Positions 27,189 to 36,053 of a stretch of 64,000 nt of DNA are shown piece after piece (positions within the stretch are counted from its first letter, which is position 1; the number at the start of each line of letters is the position of its first letter). The translations under genes and the position numbers were made by a program. Source of the stretch: a virus (lineage: Duplodnaviria > Caudoviricetes); the IMG/VR virus record IMGVR_UViG_2690315754_000004, positions 1,612 to 65,611 of that record; one strand, written 5' to 3'. Below the pieces are notes generated by a model. It saw only the letters and a list, made by a program, of their open reading frames with translations, had not been told where the DNA came from and made no database searches.

Positions 27189-28136
27189 TTAGGCGTGGGC
27201 GTCGGCGTTGGTCAGCCGGGCCACGATGGCCGAGCCGGCCGCGCCGTCGTCGTGGTAGGCCTGAAAATCGAGGGTCACGCGCAGGCCCTGGGGGCCGGGC
27301 ACCTCGGGGCCGTTGACGGCATAGTTGATCTCGGGCATCTCCAGCTCGAAGATGCTGCTGGCATTGCCGGTGACGGTGATTTTCAAGGCGCTCTCGGCGC
27401 TGTCAATGGCCTTGACCAGCAGGGTGTCGTCTTTAAAGAGCGTGGTGACCGATCCGCCGACGGAAAGAATGCCTTCGTTGATGTCGCCGCGCACGCCGCC
27501 CCCGCCGATGACAAAGGTGTCGGCATCCAGGCCCATGTCGATGTTGAGCTCGATCTGGGGGGAGTTGGAAAGCGTTGCACCCCCTTCGGTGACCGCGGCC
27601 TGGAAGTTGTGGACCCGGGAGAGGCCAATGGGCGTGGGCGAGGCCGCAAAGGAGCTGGCGGCGATCTCAAAATCCGCGCCCACCACGGTCAGGGTCATGA
27701 TCAGCTCACCGTCTCCGCCCACGGTGATGGCGGCGGTCGAGATCTTGCACCCCTTGTAGCGGATGTAGCGCGGGGCGGCGAGGCTGCCCATCTGCTCTTC
27801 GATGGTGAGCGACGGCTGGAGCTCCGGGACGGTGAAGGTGTGAAGATACGGGGCGGCACTGCCGGTGGTGACGGGCAGGCCGAACATGGCCCGCAGCCAG
27901 TACCACATGGCGCGGGTGTCGACCGGGATAACGATCTGGCCGCCCACGTCCTTGTTGCCCCGGAAGGGCTGGACCGGGTTGCGGGTGCCGGTGAGGGTGG
28001 CGGCCGCGTTGATGGCCTGGGCGGGCTTTAAGGTGGTGCTGTTGATCGGCAGGATGAAGCCCTCTGTGGGGGGCGTGGCGAAGGTCTCCTCGAAGCCGAC
28101 CACGATCTTGACGGTTGCGCCGCGTTGTTGTGCCAT
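27189..28136 (-). CDS. Major tail tube protein
   Basis: 315 aa; TLTGTRNP..P.RGN..V.G motif; homologous to 52250-53197. Confidence 0.85.
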   Translation of the reverse strand: MAQQRGATVKIVVGFEETFATPPTEGFILPINSTTLKPAQAINAAATLTGTRNPVQPFRGNKDVGGQIVIPVDTRAMWYWLRAMFGLPVTTGSAAPYLHTFTVPELQPSLTIEEQMGSLAAPRYIRYKGCKISTAAITVGGDGELIMTLTVVGADFEIAASSFAASPTPIGLSRVHNFQAAVTEGGATLSNSPQIELNIDMGLDADTFVIGGGGVRGDINEGILSVGGSVTTLFKDDTLLVKAIDSAESALKITVTGNASSIFELEMPEINYAVNGPEVPGPQGLRVTLDFQAYHDDGAAGSAIVARLTNADAHA

Positions 28137-28176
28137 GGTCTGTATCCTTACTTAAAAAGGGTTTGCTCCTCGGTTT

Positions 28177-28653
28177 TTAATCGAGCGGGTCCTGGCCGAT
28201 GGTCAGCCGCTCGAGCAGGCCGGCCTGGAAATAGCCGTGCACCTGGTCGCCGGCGCCCAGGGTGTCGGCCGCGGTCTCGAAGTTTGAAAGCACGATGTCG
28301 CCGGGCAGCGCCGCGCAGATGGCGTCGCGCACCAGGGTCAGGGCCTGGGCGATCTGCTCGATGCCGGCCGGCTCGATGACGTTGGGGAGCGAATCGGCGC
28401 GCATCCGGCCGCACGACAGGCCGATCCAACCGGAGAGCTCGTAGTCGATGGTGCTGTCTTCCATGCCCCGGCGGTCGGCCGGATCGCCGAGCACCACGAA
28501 GGGTCCGTCGTCGTCGGGATAGGGCATGCGGCTGCCGGAAAGGCCGGCGAACACGGTCACGTTTTTGGAGAATCGGGCGGCGGCCCAGGCGGCAAGCTGC
28601 GCGTCCTGGGCCACGCCGTCGCGGATGGCCGAATAAAGAGCGTAAAGGTTCAT
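28177..28653 (-). CDS. Tail terminator-like protein
   Basis: Precedes the tube gene; ends IGQDPLD, like LGSDPLE in 51767-52234. Confidence 0.6.
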   Translation of the reverse strand: MNLYALYSAIRDGVAQDAQLAAWAAARFSKNVTVFAGLSGSRMPYPDDDGPFVVLGDPADRRGMEDSTIDYELSGWIGLSCGRMRADSLPNVIEPAGIEQIAQALTLVRDAICAALPGDIVLSNFETAADTLGAGDQVHGYFQAGLLERLTIGQDPLD

Positions 28654-28669
28654 GTGCGGTCGGCTCCTT

Positions 28670-29065
28670 TTAGGCCGGGATGACGTACTCCAGGGCCACA
28701 ACGATCTTGCCGGCGGTGATGGCCGCCACCGACGGAGTGAAGATCAGGGTGGTCAGGTTGGCGGTCAGGCGGATCCAGGTGGCGGCGGTCTGGGGCACCG
28801 GGACCACGGCCCGCAGAGCGTTTTCGGTCAGGTTGGCGACTTCGGTGGCCGCCAGGATGTCGCCGGCGCCAACAGCCCGCACGGCCATGAAGCCGCCCGA
28901 GCCGGCCAGGCCCTTTTTGACGTAGACCATTCCACCGGTGATGACCGCGCCGGCGGGCAGGGCCTCGCCGCCTACGGGGATGTCGCCGATGAGGCCGCCG
29001 TGCTTCTCAAAGTCCCATTCGAAGTAGGCGACGTTTTTGTATGACTCCAGTCCGGATGCTTGCAT
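28670..29065 (-). CDS. Capsid decoration/cement-like protein
   Basis: Directly after the capsid gene; beta-rich with LPAGAVIT. Confidence 0.5.
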   Translation of the reverse strand: MQASGLESYKNVAYFEWDFEKHGGLIGDIPVGGEALPAGAVITGGMVYVKKGLAGSGGFMAVRAVGAGDILAATEVANLTENALRAVVPVPQTAATWIRLTANLTTLIFTPSVAAITAGKIVVALEYVIPA

Positions 29066-29133
29066 GGTGTGTCTCCTTCGTATGCTTCAAGGGGGGCGGG
29101 CCCGGGGGTGGACCCGCCCGGTGGATTTAGGGC

Positions 29134-31242
29134 CTATGCGCCGTTGTTCCTGAACAGCCCGCGCCAGTCCATGGCCTTGGCGCCGGCATCGATGCGCACC
29201 TTGTACTCCACGCCGTCCACGGTCCAGCCGGCCTGCATCTCCATGTAGGGCTGCTGCACGCCGTCGAGGAAAAAGACGGTGACCGTGCGCCGGCGCCCCT
29301 TTTCGGCGGCGGCGTACCAGGCGGTCTCGCTGTCGTCGTCCAGGCGGCCGTCGTAGACGCGCTGGAAGGTGTCGCCCGAGTAGATGTTGCGCCGGGTGGC
29401 GGCGAGCGAACTGTCGGTGGCTTCCGCCACGGAATCCGCATAGCGCTCGCTCTGGAAAAAGACTTCCGAGGTGCCTTTAAGGGCCATTGGCTGGATGATA
29501 TAGCGGGGCTTGATGTTCAGGCGGCGCTTTCCGCGCAGATCCTTCTGGGTGCCCATCTTCCGATCGCACTCGGCCATGGTCTCCATGGCCGGGGCCCCGG
29601 CTGCGGACGCCTGGTTGAAGTGCTTGGCGGCATCGAACAGGGCCACGCCGTCGCCCATGGCGGCGTTGCCGGTGAGCACGGCATAGGGCAGGTCGCCCAC
29701 CTTGCGGGCGGCCATCTCGCCGTGGCTGCGGGGGATGACCACCAGGGCGTCTAAGTCGTCGTTGATGATGGTGTGGCGGGTGATGGCCTCGATCTTGCCG
29801 TAGGTGGCGATGGAGTAGGTCTCCTGGGTCTCGGTGCGCTCGCCGTACTTGTACTTGCCTTTGTCCGGGATCTGATCCAGGTCGTCGCCTTCGGACAGGC
29901 GCGGGGAGTGGTGGGTCTTAAAATCGCTCACCGACCCCACGTCGCACCAGATGCGCCAGGTCTCGTCGGCCCCTTCCCAGCCGTCAAACAGGGATTTGTT
30001 GGCCACGTTGGCCAGAATGAAGGGCAGGTCCGAGGTGGTCAGGGCACGGCCCACCATCTCCATGGCATGGCCCCGGTCCGATACCCCGGCATTGCGCAGG
30101 CAGTGGCGGGCGAGCTCGCGAAGCGAATAGCCGCGCAGCTCGTCGGTGCCCGGGGCGGGTTCGGAGATGATCACCCCGCCGCGCAGCAGCATAGCATGGC
30201 CGGCCGCGGACCGGAACTTGTCGCGGGAGTCGGCGCCGAGCTCCACGGGGGTGCGGTGGCCGTAGCCGCCGCCGTTTTCGATGGAGGACAGCACGCGCTC
30301 TATCACCTCTTCGCGCACCTGGTCGACGGGGGTGCCCTCGGCGATAAAGCTGCGGGCCAGCTCTTCGCACCCGGCCCGCTGGCAGATGGCGTCGATGCTC
30401 ACGATGCGCTCGCGCTCGGCGCCCACGGCCTGGCGGCGCAGCTGGTCGACGTCGACGTCGGGATCGGCGCCCGGATCGGCCGGGGGCGGTTGGGCGGCGC
30501 GCGCCTGGGCAGCGGCCGCGTCGTCGGTTCGCAGTTGATCGAAAAAGGCCCAGGCCGCCGCTTCGTCGGCATCCTTGGCCAGTCCTCGGGACTCCAGATA
30601 GGCTCTCAATCGAGGGTCCATGGTCTTTTGCTCCTTGTGGTTGGGAGAATTGGGGGGTTGTTTGCTTCTGGCCTTGGCCGCCTCGTCGGCCCCGATGGGG
30701 CAGATGGAAAGCTCCTTGACCCGCCAGCGGGTGGTGACGCGCACCGGGCCTTCGAAGACCCGGCCCCGGATGGTGGCCTTCTGGCCCTTGTCCACCCACT
30801 GGCTTTCGATGACGCGGTACCCGACGCTGAAATCGGTCAGGTGGCCCTCGCGGGCCTTGGTAAAGGGGCTTTCGGCCTCGGCCGTATGGGAAAAGAATAC
30901 GCGCCCCACAAGCTGGCCCTTATCGACGCTCATCTGTCGGTAGGACCCCAATACGCTGGCGGTATCCCAACGGTTGTGCGTGTCCAGCAGCGGCACCTGG
31001 CGGTTGCCGGGCATCTCGCAGCCGTCCATGAGAAGGATCTCGGGCACGACTTCGTAGCGATCGTAGTCAAACACCTCGACGGGCGCCTCGGTGGCCCCGA
31101 CCACCTCGAACGAGCGGCTCTCGGCATCGAGGCTGGCCGGCGTGCCGTCGCCTGAAAGACGCAGGCTCATGGTGCGGTAGGCCATGTCCCGGGGTTGCGG
31201 CGGGGTGCGCATGGTCAGCGGTGAAAAGAGGGAAGGGGTCAT
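29134..31242 (-). CDS. Prohead protease-major capsid protein fusion
   Basis: N-terminal VPLLDTH...FSVGYRV...ELSICPIGAD protease. C-terminal TSDLP.IL, TYG....ITR..IINDDL capsid (Mu gpT-like). Confidence 0.85.
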   Translation of the reverse strand: MTPSLFSPLTMRTPPQPRDMAYRTMSLRLSGDGTPASLDAESRSFEVVGATEAPVEVFDYDRYEVVPEILLMDGCEMPGNRQVPLLDTHNRWDTASVLGSYRQMSVDKGQLVGRVFFSHTAEAESPFTKAREGHLTDFSVGYRVIESQWVDKGQKATIRGRVFEGPVRVTTRWRVKELSICPIGADEAAKARSKQPPNSPNHKEQKTMDPRLRAYLESRGLAKDADEAAAWAFFDQLRTDDAAAAQARAAQPPPADPGADPDVDVDQLRRQAVGAERERIVSIDAICQRAGCEELARSFIAEGTPVDQVREEVIERVLSSIENGGGYGHRTPVELGADSRDKFRSAAGHAMLLRGGVIISEPAPGTDELRGYSLRELARHCLRNAGVSDRGHAMEMVGRALTTSDLPFILANVANKSLFDGWEGADETWRIWCDVGSVSDFKTHHSPRLSEGDDLDQIPDKGKYKYGERTETQETYSIATYGKIEAITRHTIINDDLDALVVIPRSHGEMAARKVGDLPYAVLTGNAAMGDGVALFDAAKHFNQASAAGAPAMETMAECDRKMGTQKDLRGKRRLNIKPRYIIQPMALKGTSEVFFQSERYADSVAEATDSSLAATRRNIYSGDTFQRVYDGRLDDDSETAWYAAAEKGRRRTVTVFFLDGVQQPYMEMQAGWTVDGVEYKVRIDAGAKAMDWRGLFRNNGA

Positions 31243-32774
31243 GACGATGCCTCCTGTGCGGCCGTCTGGGCCGGTTGCTTGGCGGTGGATGCCGTCTGGG
31301 CGGCGGCGGGCAGGCCGAGCTCTTCGGCCAGGGCGTTGGCGTCGGCGATCTCCCGGTAGACGTCTTCGAGCTCCCGGCCCCGGCCGCGCACGATCTCCTG
31401 GGGAGAGCGCAAGAGGCTTGCCACCGCCTCGGCCTGGGCCTTGCCCTCGCGCTGGGGATCGAGCGACTCCATGCCCGGGGGCTGCCACTCGCTTCGAAAA
31501 TAGCGCTGGGGATCGGACGCAAAGCCGGGCAGGGCAAGGCGGCCGGCGAGCCAGGCCTCGCCGATGACATTGCGCACGATGGGCTGGGCGAACTGCAGCA
31601 CGTGGCGCCGGCACACCGGGCGCAGCTGGTGGGAGAAGTCGTTTCTGATGGTGCGGGCCGTGGAGTAGTTGATGTCCTCGTAGTTGCCGGACAAAAGCTC
31701 GTAGGGGATGCCGGCCGTGACGGCCAGCATGCACAGCACCAGGCGCACGAACGGCGGAAAGTTGTCCCCGGGCCGCGGGTTCTGGGCGAAGGTGACCTCT
31801 TCTCCGGGCCGCAGGTACTGGATGATGGCGTTTTCCAGCTCCTCGATCTTCTTGTTGGTCTCCTTGTCCAGGGCCGCGCCCACCCCGGCCTGAAAGGTCA
31901 TGGGGGTGGGGGTCTTGATCAGGGCCAGATACTTTGAGGCCATCTTGGCGGCATCGATCTCGGCCTCCATGTACTCGCGCAGGCTGTGGGCCACGAGCAC
32001 CGCGGGGGCCAGCGGCGAGATGCCGCGCAGCTGGCCGGGCCGCAGCATGTCAAAGCCGTGGATCACTTTATCGGCCGGGATGCGCCGGGTTTTGCCCCAG
32101 CTGTCCGGATCGGTGAAATGAAAGGCCGCCACCCGGCCGGTGGCGGCGTTGAACTCGATGCCTTGCTCCACTTCGTTGCCGGCGGAAACGTCGCGCAGGG
32201 TGTTGGAAGAGAGCCAGTCGGCCTCGTAGGCCTGCAGGCAAAAGGGAAGAAATCGCCTGCGGTCGTCCGAGCGGGTCTTGACCAGCAGAAACTCGCCGCT
32301 TTCCACGTCCTGGCGCTTGGCAAGGCGCATCAGCTCGTAAAAGTGCAGCTTGCCTGAGATGTCCGCCTCGTCGGCCCAGCGGGCAAAGACGTCTTCGATG
32401 CGCTGGTTGGTCTTGCGGTCGAGCTTGCCCGATCCGTCCTGGACCCGGGCCTGGTAGACGATGCCGGCGCCCACCACATAGTCCACGATGATGTTCACGG
32501 CCCGGGCAAAGTAGGGAAAGTCGCGCACCAGCTGGCGCACCCGCGCCCGTACGGTGGAAGAAGATGCCCCGATGATGTCGTTGACATTGGTGTTGCCGGG
32601 CGACCAGGGCCCGACCAGGCGGTTGCTTTTGGCCGCGGCATAGGTCTCGCGCCGGATCCGGTCAAGGCGCCGGGCACGGCCCATCACCTCCCGGGCCAGC
32701 ATGCGCCGAACGCCGCGCTCGGGCGAAATGAGCCCGATCAGGGCGTCGATGCCCCGTGGCAGGGACGTGATCAC
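31239..32774 (-). CDS. Lambda-family portal protein
   Basis: R.R.R.LVR, RPGQLRGIS, NYST.R and DP.RE motifs. Confidence 0.9.
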   Translation of the reverse strand: MITSLPRGIDALIGLISPERGVRRMLAREVMGRARRLDRIRRETYAAAKSNRLVGPWSPGNTNVNDIIGASSSTVRARVRQLVRDFPYFARAVNIIVDYVVGAGIVYQARVQDGSGKLDRKTNQRIEDVFARWADEADISGKLHFYELMRLAKRQDVESGEFLLVKTRSDDRRRFLPFCLQAYEADWLSSNTLRDVSAGNEVEQGIEFNAATGRVAAFHFTDPDSWGKTRRIPADKVIHGFDMLRPGQLRGISPLAPAVLVAHSLREYMEAEIDAAKMASKYLALIKTPTPMTFQAGVGAALDKETNKKIEELENAIIQYLRPGEEVTFAQNPRPGDNFPPFVRLVLCMLAVTAGIPYELLSGNYEDINYSTARTIRNDFSHQLRPVCRRHVLQFAQPIVRNVIGEAWLAGRLALPGFASDPQRYFRSEWQPPGMESLDPQREGKAQAEAVASLLRSPQEIVRGRGRELEDVYREIADANALAEELGLPAAAQTASTAKQPAQTAAQEASS

Positions 32775-32986
32775 GAGGCGGCTCCCGCGTTTTTGGCGTA
32801 GGTGCGCAGGCACGCCGTGCCCAGCTCGGTCTCGGCCGCGGCGATGGCCGCATCCAGGTCGGCGATCTTGACGGCTTGGAACTCAAGGGTCTTTCCCGCC
32901 ACTTCCGAACGGACCACGCGCTTGCCCTGGAGCAAAGACATCTTCATCGCGTGGAGGGTGGTCAGGTCTTCCTGGGTGTATGCCAT
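32771..32986 (-). CDS. gpW-like head completion protein
   Basis: 71 aa upstream of the portal; GKRVVRSEVAGKTLEF. Confidence 0.7.
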   Translation of the reverse strand: MAYTQEDLTTLHAMKMSLLQGKRVVRSEVAGKTLEFQAVKIADLDAAIAAAETELGTACLRTYAKNAGAAS

Positions 32987-33058
32987 TTAAAAACCCCATG
33001 TGTGGTGTGGTGGATGTTACAGGGCCACGGTAACATGGGGTTTTGGGGGGTCGGGGTG

Positions 33059-33116
33059 TTTAGGGGTATTTAGGGTTTTTTGTGCCCTATTTAGGGTTAT
33101 TTAGGGATATTTAGGG
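33059..33116. promoter_or_regulatory. 10-bp-phased TTTAGGG direct repeats upstream of the head operon
   Basis: TTTAGGG at 33059, 33069, 33090, 33100 and 33110. Confidence 0.6.
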
Positions 33117-33178
33117 TTTTATAAGGTTGACAGGGGTCTTTGGCATCTGAATGGAAGGCAGGGATCGAGATCGGATTC

Positions 33179-33266
33179 TGCTAAGGCTATAAAACACCCG
33201 CGGTGAAAAGCAGAGCGAGGAACGGGCGCCGCTTTTCACCGCTCGAGTGCATTTATCTTGTTAGGT
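33179..33266 (-). other. attC: attC site 7 (R' degenerate)
   Basis: R'' ACCTAAC 2 nt after the stop codon, AATGCACT / GGTGTTT boxes, stem GCGGTGAAAAGC/GCTTTTCACCGC, R' CTTAGCA. Confidence 0.8.
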
Positions 33267-33268
33267 AA

Positions 33269-33856
33269 TTATTCGATTGTTGCCCATTTAAGCTCTTCGC
33301 CTGTTTGCGGATCATAGTTATAGTAACTGGGCCAAACACGTTTGGTCGTGGGGTTGAGTCTTACTTCGCCTACGTCATCCGAAAAAACCACTTTATTAAC
33401 ATACTTACCCTCCCGGGTATGCCAATGAAACTTAAGGCTTGTAATTTCATTGGTAAGTGGATTTATTTTATCTCCGGCAATTTCTTCCATGCCATTTTTG
33501 ACAATCACAATAAAATTTTTTCCATTCCTGAGCTTGATATCAAAGTGATATTCCTTGCATCCGTAATACACACTGGTTGAACAGCCATCACGATGGTGAA
33601 CTTTTACAATTGTCATTTCCTGAATATCACTGACCGGCACTTTCAATTTTTCACCTTTGAGATGAACCTCAAGGAGGTCTCTGTTTTTAGCGACGTTGTA
33701 TCCCGGGGCAGAAGTAACAGAGATAAATTTGCTGGTCGAACCATCACTAAAATAGAGGGTTGCCCCAAAACCCTTTATGTCTTTTGCCTGAACTGACGGC
33801 ACTAACAGTGCAGCAAGGACCAATATCGGCAGCATGCCCAGACTTGCTTTACTCAT
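33269..33856 (-). CDS. Secreted hypothetical protein (AT-rich, cassette-like)
   Basis: AAGGAG RBS and signal peptide (VQA/K); followed by attC. Confidence 0.75.
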   Translation of the reverse strand: MSKASLGMLPILVLAALLVPSVQAKDIKGFGATLYFSDGSTSKFISVTSAPGYNVAKNRDLLEVHLKGEKLKVPVSDIQEMTIVKVHHRDGCSTSVYYGCKEYHFDIKLRNGKNFIVIVKNGMEEIAGDKINPLTNEITSLKFHWHTREGKYVNKVVFSDDVGEVRLNPTTKRVWPSYYNYDPQTGEELKWATIE

Positions 33857-33928
33857 TATGAATGTCTCCTTTTATTTGCCCTACGTCGAGGGTTGAATGC
33901 AGAACCAGTCAAAAGTCGGTCCCATATT

Positions 33929-35509
33929 TCATCTGCATATTGAAGAAATTGGTCTGCGCCCGAACACAACATCCTCGACGCGATCCGAGATGTCCCACTT
34001 TTTTCTTTCGTATACGCTGCACACCCTTGTTAGTTTGGATGCTCTTGAATACTTTGTGGCTATAGCGGAATATGGATCTTCGGTCTCTATCGATGCAATA
34101 ATTGAGTCGTTCAACACGGCAAGTGCATACAACGAATCACTTGTCGAAAGTACAAAATTTTCTATGTCGGACATGGCTCTATAATATTCTTTATATCTTC
34201 TGAGCTTGAATAATACCACATGGGTGTAGGCTGGCCCGCCACTGTTAGGCGTCACATGGCCAATTTGATAATAATCAATAACGCCCCGATTGCCTCCATT
34301 GTACTTGTTAGCGCTATGGTTGTATGGCGACGTTCTGTTGCTGCTATTGTCGCGCACAATTTCCCAATCATGATCAACTCTATTAGATTGTTTTTTAGAG
34401 ATAACTCTTTCATTCGAATTATGATTGTCTATCTTAGCTAACGCGGGCTTTGTGTCATAATATTGGAGGACAAGTTCATGGTGTTGCCCATTGTCTGCAA
34501 AAAATTTCACGACGCCGCTGGATCTCTTAATTGAACTGCTATATTGTGCAAATTTTGCTGGAATGCGATTCATGGCAGACTTTTCGGAAAAATATTCGTC
34601 GTTGCTTTTCAGGCTAATTATAAATTCATTGCTTTTCTTTCCTTCCACCACATGGAAAGTATCAGAATTGGCGGGGCGAAACTTGATATGATCCAAACGC
34701 TTTTTTTGCATATCATTTCTTACGAAATGAGGATAATTTTTAAGAATAGTCGCGACAATCTTTCTTCTTTTTGTATCATCCATTAATGTCTTAAAACGTT
34801 CCTTTTTGGATTTACCGAATAAGTTTAAATACATATCTTCTGTTTGATGTTCTGGATCACCATCCTTATAAAGATTGTAATTTCTGCCATTGCGTCTGAT
34901 ATATGGAGTATAAGAAGCACTTCCAGGAAGTCCCTCACTGAATTCGTATTCATTAGCATCATATAAATCAAACCCCAAGAGACCTTCACATAGTTGAGCA
35001 TCTGATCTCTTCCAAGACCAAGACCATCCAAAGCTGATAATTAGCCTCGGTTGTGACAATTCGGGTTTGTCAATTTCTTTGCCTATATACTGAAAGTATA
35101 CACCGGATACATTTTTAGGCAACTCGGCAGTATAAGTCGGCGGTAAATAGACATAATCCATGTCGCTTAAATCAAATGTTTTAGGTTCTCTTCTATAGAA
35201 ATAAAAGGTACTAATATGTTGTCTTCTGTAATAGACTTCTCTAAAGGCAATCTCTCCTTCCGAAATAGTTTCAAAGGCATGAAGTACAGTTTTAAAACGA
35301 GTATCAGAAACTTGTTTTAGTGTGGATTCAATGGATTGTTCAACTTTTTTAATTGGAAAGGACTCAATTCTATCTGAAATCACTGTTGGGTCTTTAGTAT
35401 CATTCCGTATTCCTTTTAATCCACAGGATTGTAGAATAGGTAACAATAAAACCAAAGTGAGCGCCATGAGCCATTTCTTCGCTGAAATTTGGGAGCTTTT
35501 ACCTAACAT
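33929..35509 (-). CDS. Hypothetical lipoprotein (AT-rich cargo)
   Basis: AAAGGA RBS, lipobox LQSC and 526 open codons. Confidence 0.75.
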   Translation of the reverse strand: MLGKSSQISAKKWLMALTLVLLLPILQSCGLKGIRNDTKDPTVISDRIESFPIKKVEQSIESTLKQVSDTRFKTVLHAFETISEGEIAFREVYYRRQHISTFYFYRREPKTFDLSDMDYVYLPPTYTAELPKNVSGVYFQYIGKEIDKPELSQPRLIISFGWSWSWKRSDAQLCEGLLGFDLYDANEYEFSEGLPGSASYTPYIRRNGRNYNLYKDGDPEHQTEDMYLNLFGKSKKERFKTLMDDTKRRKIVATILKNYPHFVRNDMQKKRLDHIKFRPANSDTFHVVEGKKSNEFIISLKSNDEYFSEKSAMNRIPAKFAQYSSSIKRSSGVVKFFADNGQHHELVLQYYDTKPALAKIDNHNSNERVISKKQSNRVDHDWEIVRDNSSNRTSPYNHSANKYNGGNRGVIDYYQIGHVTPNSGGPAYTHVVLFKLRRYKEYYRAMSDIENFVLSTSDSLYALAVLNDSIIASIETEDPYSAIATKYSRASKLTRVCSVYERKKWDISDRVEDVVFGRRPISSICR

Positions 35510-35805
35510 AAGTAATCCTTTCTACTCTACATGAAAACATCTGGTCGCAAATCCATCCCGGTTCCGTGGAAGGGCCACCTCGCAAACTCCTCCGCACACT
35601 TGGACGAGCTTTTTTCGTTTATCATTCATCTCCCATTGAGCCAACCTTAAAATTACCCAGTTATCCACCAAACCCAATCGATAAAAAAGTGCGGCCTGCT
35701 TGGACTGTGTTTGACATAGGCGGTCGGTATCATTCTAAATCCAGGATTGACCATCATTTTAATTGTTCAAGGAGGAAATAGGGGATGAAGCAATTGCCAG
35801 TTATT

Positions 35806-36051
35806 TTAGGTCGATAATTTTCTAAGATGGTTTTTTGCTTCGGCATATGCCTCAAGATTATCAGTGACAAAGTAACTCCACCAGTGGACCATTTCCTCGC
35901 GCATAGTAGTCCATTGGCCCTTGATTTTCCGCATCGGCATGGATGGGAACTCGCGCTTCCATTTCAGGATCGTACTTTCGCTGGCGCCGCCCAGTACCGG
36001 TTGAATCTCCTTGATGCCAATCAAAATATCATCGTTAATTTGTTTTGCCAT
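35806..36051 (-). CDS. Small MerR/Xis-like HTH protein downstream of terL
   Basis: LIGIKEI...GASESTILKW....PMRKIKGQW. Confidence 0.65.
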   Translation of the reverse strand: MAKQINDDILIGIKEIQPVLGGASESTILKWKREFPSMPMRKIKGQWTTMREEMVHWWSYFVTDNLEAYAEAKNHLRKLST

Positions 36052-36053
36052 TT

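Noticed and set aside
33059-33116. Telomere (TTTAGGG) sequence
   Set aside because: The period is 10 bp rather than 7, there are only five copies, and the location is an internal promoter region.
33880-33985. Extra attC between the two cargo genes (GTCGAGG/CCTCGAC hairpin)
   Set aside because: No convincing R'' (AAC) or GTT, and half of it lies in coding sequence. It may be a decayed site but cannot be supported.
35540-35625. Possible IS or intron end upstream of the lipoprotein cargo
   Set aside because: This GC-richer patch has no transposase, terminal repeat pair or intron domain that I can verify.
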